33,297 nucleotides of DNA from a virus (Duplodnaviria; Caudoviricetes), in the IMG/VR virus record IMGVR_UViG_3300026196_000017, positions 1-33,297 of that record; one strand, written 5' to 3'. The translations under genes and the position numbers were made by a program. Of the stretch, positions 32,364 to 33,297 are shown in pieces. The stretch's first letter is position 1. Every line of letters starts with the position of its first letter. The notes beneath the pieces are model-generated. The model did not search any database, was not told the DNA's origin, and saw only the letters and a program-made list of their open reading frames with translations.

Positions 32364-33297
32364 ATGGTTCAAGTAATCCCACGAACTCCTTCAGCTTCAG
32401 AGAATCTAGCTAACCTTTTGGGAGCGGGCGCTCAGGGGCTTGGACAAGGCTACCAAGCGGGAATGCAAGGAAAGCTCCAACAGATGATGGATGCCCGTAA
32501 AAGCGCAGCAGAAAGACAAAGAATGGAAGGGGTCTTTGAAGAACTTGGACTTCCTAAAGCTTATGCAGGACTCCCAGAAGGAGTAACGAAAGAACTCCTC
32601 AAGGAAAAAACTCAGGAGAATAAGCTCCAACAGCTCATGCACTTATTAGGTGGAGGACAAGGGGGACAAGGAGGAGAAGAAGGGGTTGATGTAAATGAAG
32701 AGCAGGTAGGCCCTCGAGGAGGAATCAGCGACGAAAACATTCTCGCCATCAGTGCTATTGATCCTAACATGGCAAGACTTCTCCAAGGGCAGAAAGAGGC
32801 CGGCTATAAACGCGAGGCGACGGCTTTTAAAGAGACAAAAGACACTCGACAAGACATTCTGAAAGGAGCAAAAGCTGCCCAAGAGAACAATATGCGTTTA
32901 GACCGCATGGAGACTTTAATAGATGAAGGAAACCTCATCCCAGGAGCGTTCAATTCATTTCTACAAAAAGTAGGCCTAGATATTCCTGCCCTGAAAAATC
33001 CCGATTCCCAAGAATTTGAGAAGTTGAGCACGGATATGACTAGAAATGCTCGCGAAATTTATGGAAATCGATTGACCAACTTTGAAGTGCAGACATTTTT
33101 GAAGACTATTCCTACGCTTTCACAAACGACTGAAGGTCAAAAAAGAGTAATTCATAATCTGCGTCTGCTAAATGAAGGCGCTCGTCTTCGGTCAAGGGCA
33201 ATGAATAAGATTATTAAGAGTAACAAGGGAATCCCTCCATTTGACATTGCCGAGAGAATAGAAGAAAAAATTAGCCCCAAGTTAGACAAAATTGCAA
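32364..33297 (+). CDS. Internal virion/DNA-ejection protein, N-terminal 311 codons (open to the window end; not in ORF track)
   Basis: GGAGG SD; MVQVIPRTPSASENLANLLGAGAQGLGQGY...FLKTIPTLSQTTEG...LDKIA with no stop before 33297. Confidence 0.75.
   Translation, partial: MVQVIPRTPSASENLANLLGAGAQGLGQGYQAGMQGKLQQMMDARKSAAERQRMEGVFEELGLPKAYAGLPEGVTKELLKEKTQENKLQQLMHLLGGGQGGQGGEEGVDVNEEQVGPRGGISDENILAISAIDPNMARLLQGQKEAGYKREATAFKETKDTRQDILKGAKAAQENNMRLDRMETLIDEGNLIPGAFNSFLQKVGLDIPALKNPDSQEFEKLSTDMTRNAREIYGNRLTNFEVQTFLKTIPTLSQTTEGQKRVIHNLRLLNEGARLRSRAMNKIIKSNKGIPPFDIAERIEEKISPKLDKIA

Noticed and set aside
1-33297. Stop-codon reassignment, tRNA genes, att site/integrase
   Set aside because: Core genes are full length in the standard code and all three stops are used; no tRNA cloverleaf or recombinase motif was recognised by eye.

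Overview
The window looks like an essentially complete ~33.3 kb tailed dsDNA phage genome of podovirus-like organisation. The ORF that runs off the right end (32364->) reads on into bases 1-147 if the terminal A is counted once, which implies a circular or circularly permuted assembly. Modules seen: DNA-ejection proteins, tail fibres (one with a C1q-like C-terminus), a leftward recombination operon (ERF, HNH, YqaJ), a Cro-like HTH, an O-like replication initiator with internal iterons, RusA, TerS/TerL, a P22-like portal, a block of small very basic proteins, small membrane/lipoproteins, an RHH + Tad2/DUF2829-like cassette, scaffold, N4-gp56-type major capsid protein and tail-tube proteins. I recognise no integrase, endolysin, helicase or polymerase. 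The most striking feature is a 313-aa intein in TerL (16732-17670) whose middle is dual-coding: a complete HNH/zinc-finger endonuclease gene with its own Shine-Dalgarno lies inside the intein in a different reading frame, while the intein frame stays open across it. A chlamydial (Chlamydiota) host is my tentative inference from remembered protein families. All product calls come from motif recognition by eye; no database searches were run.
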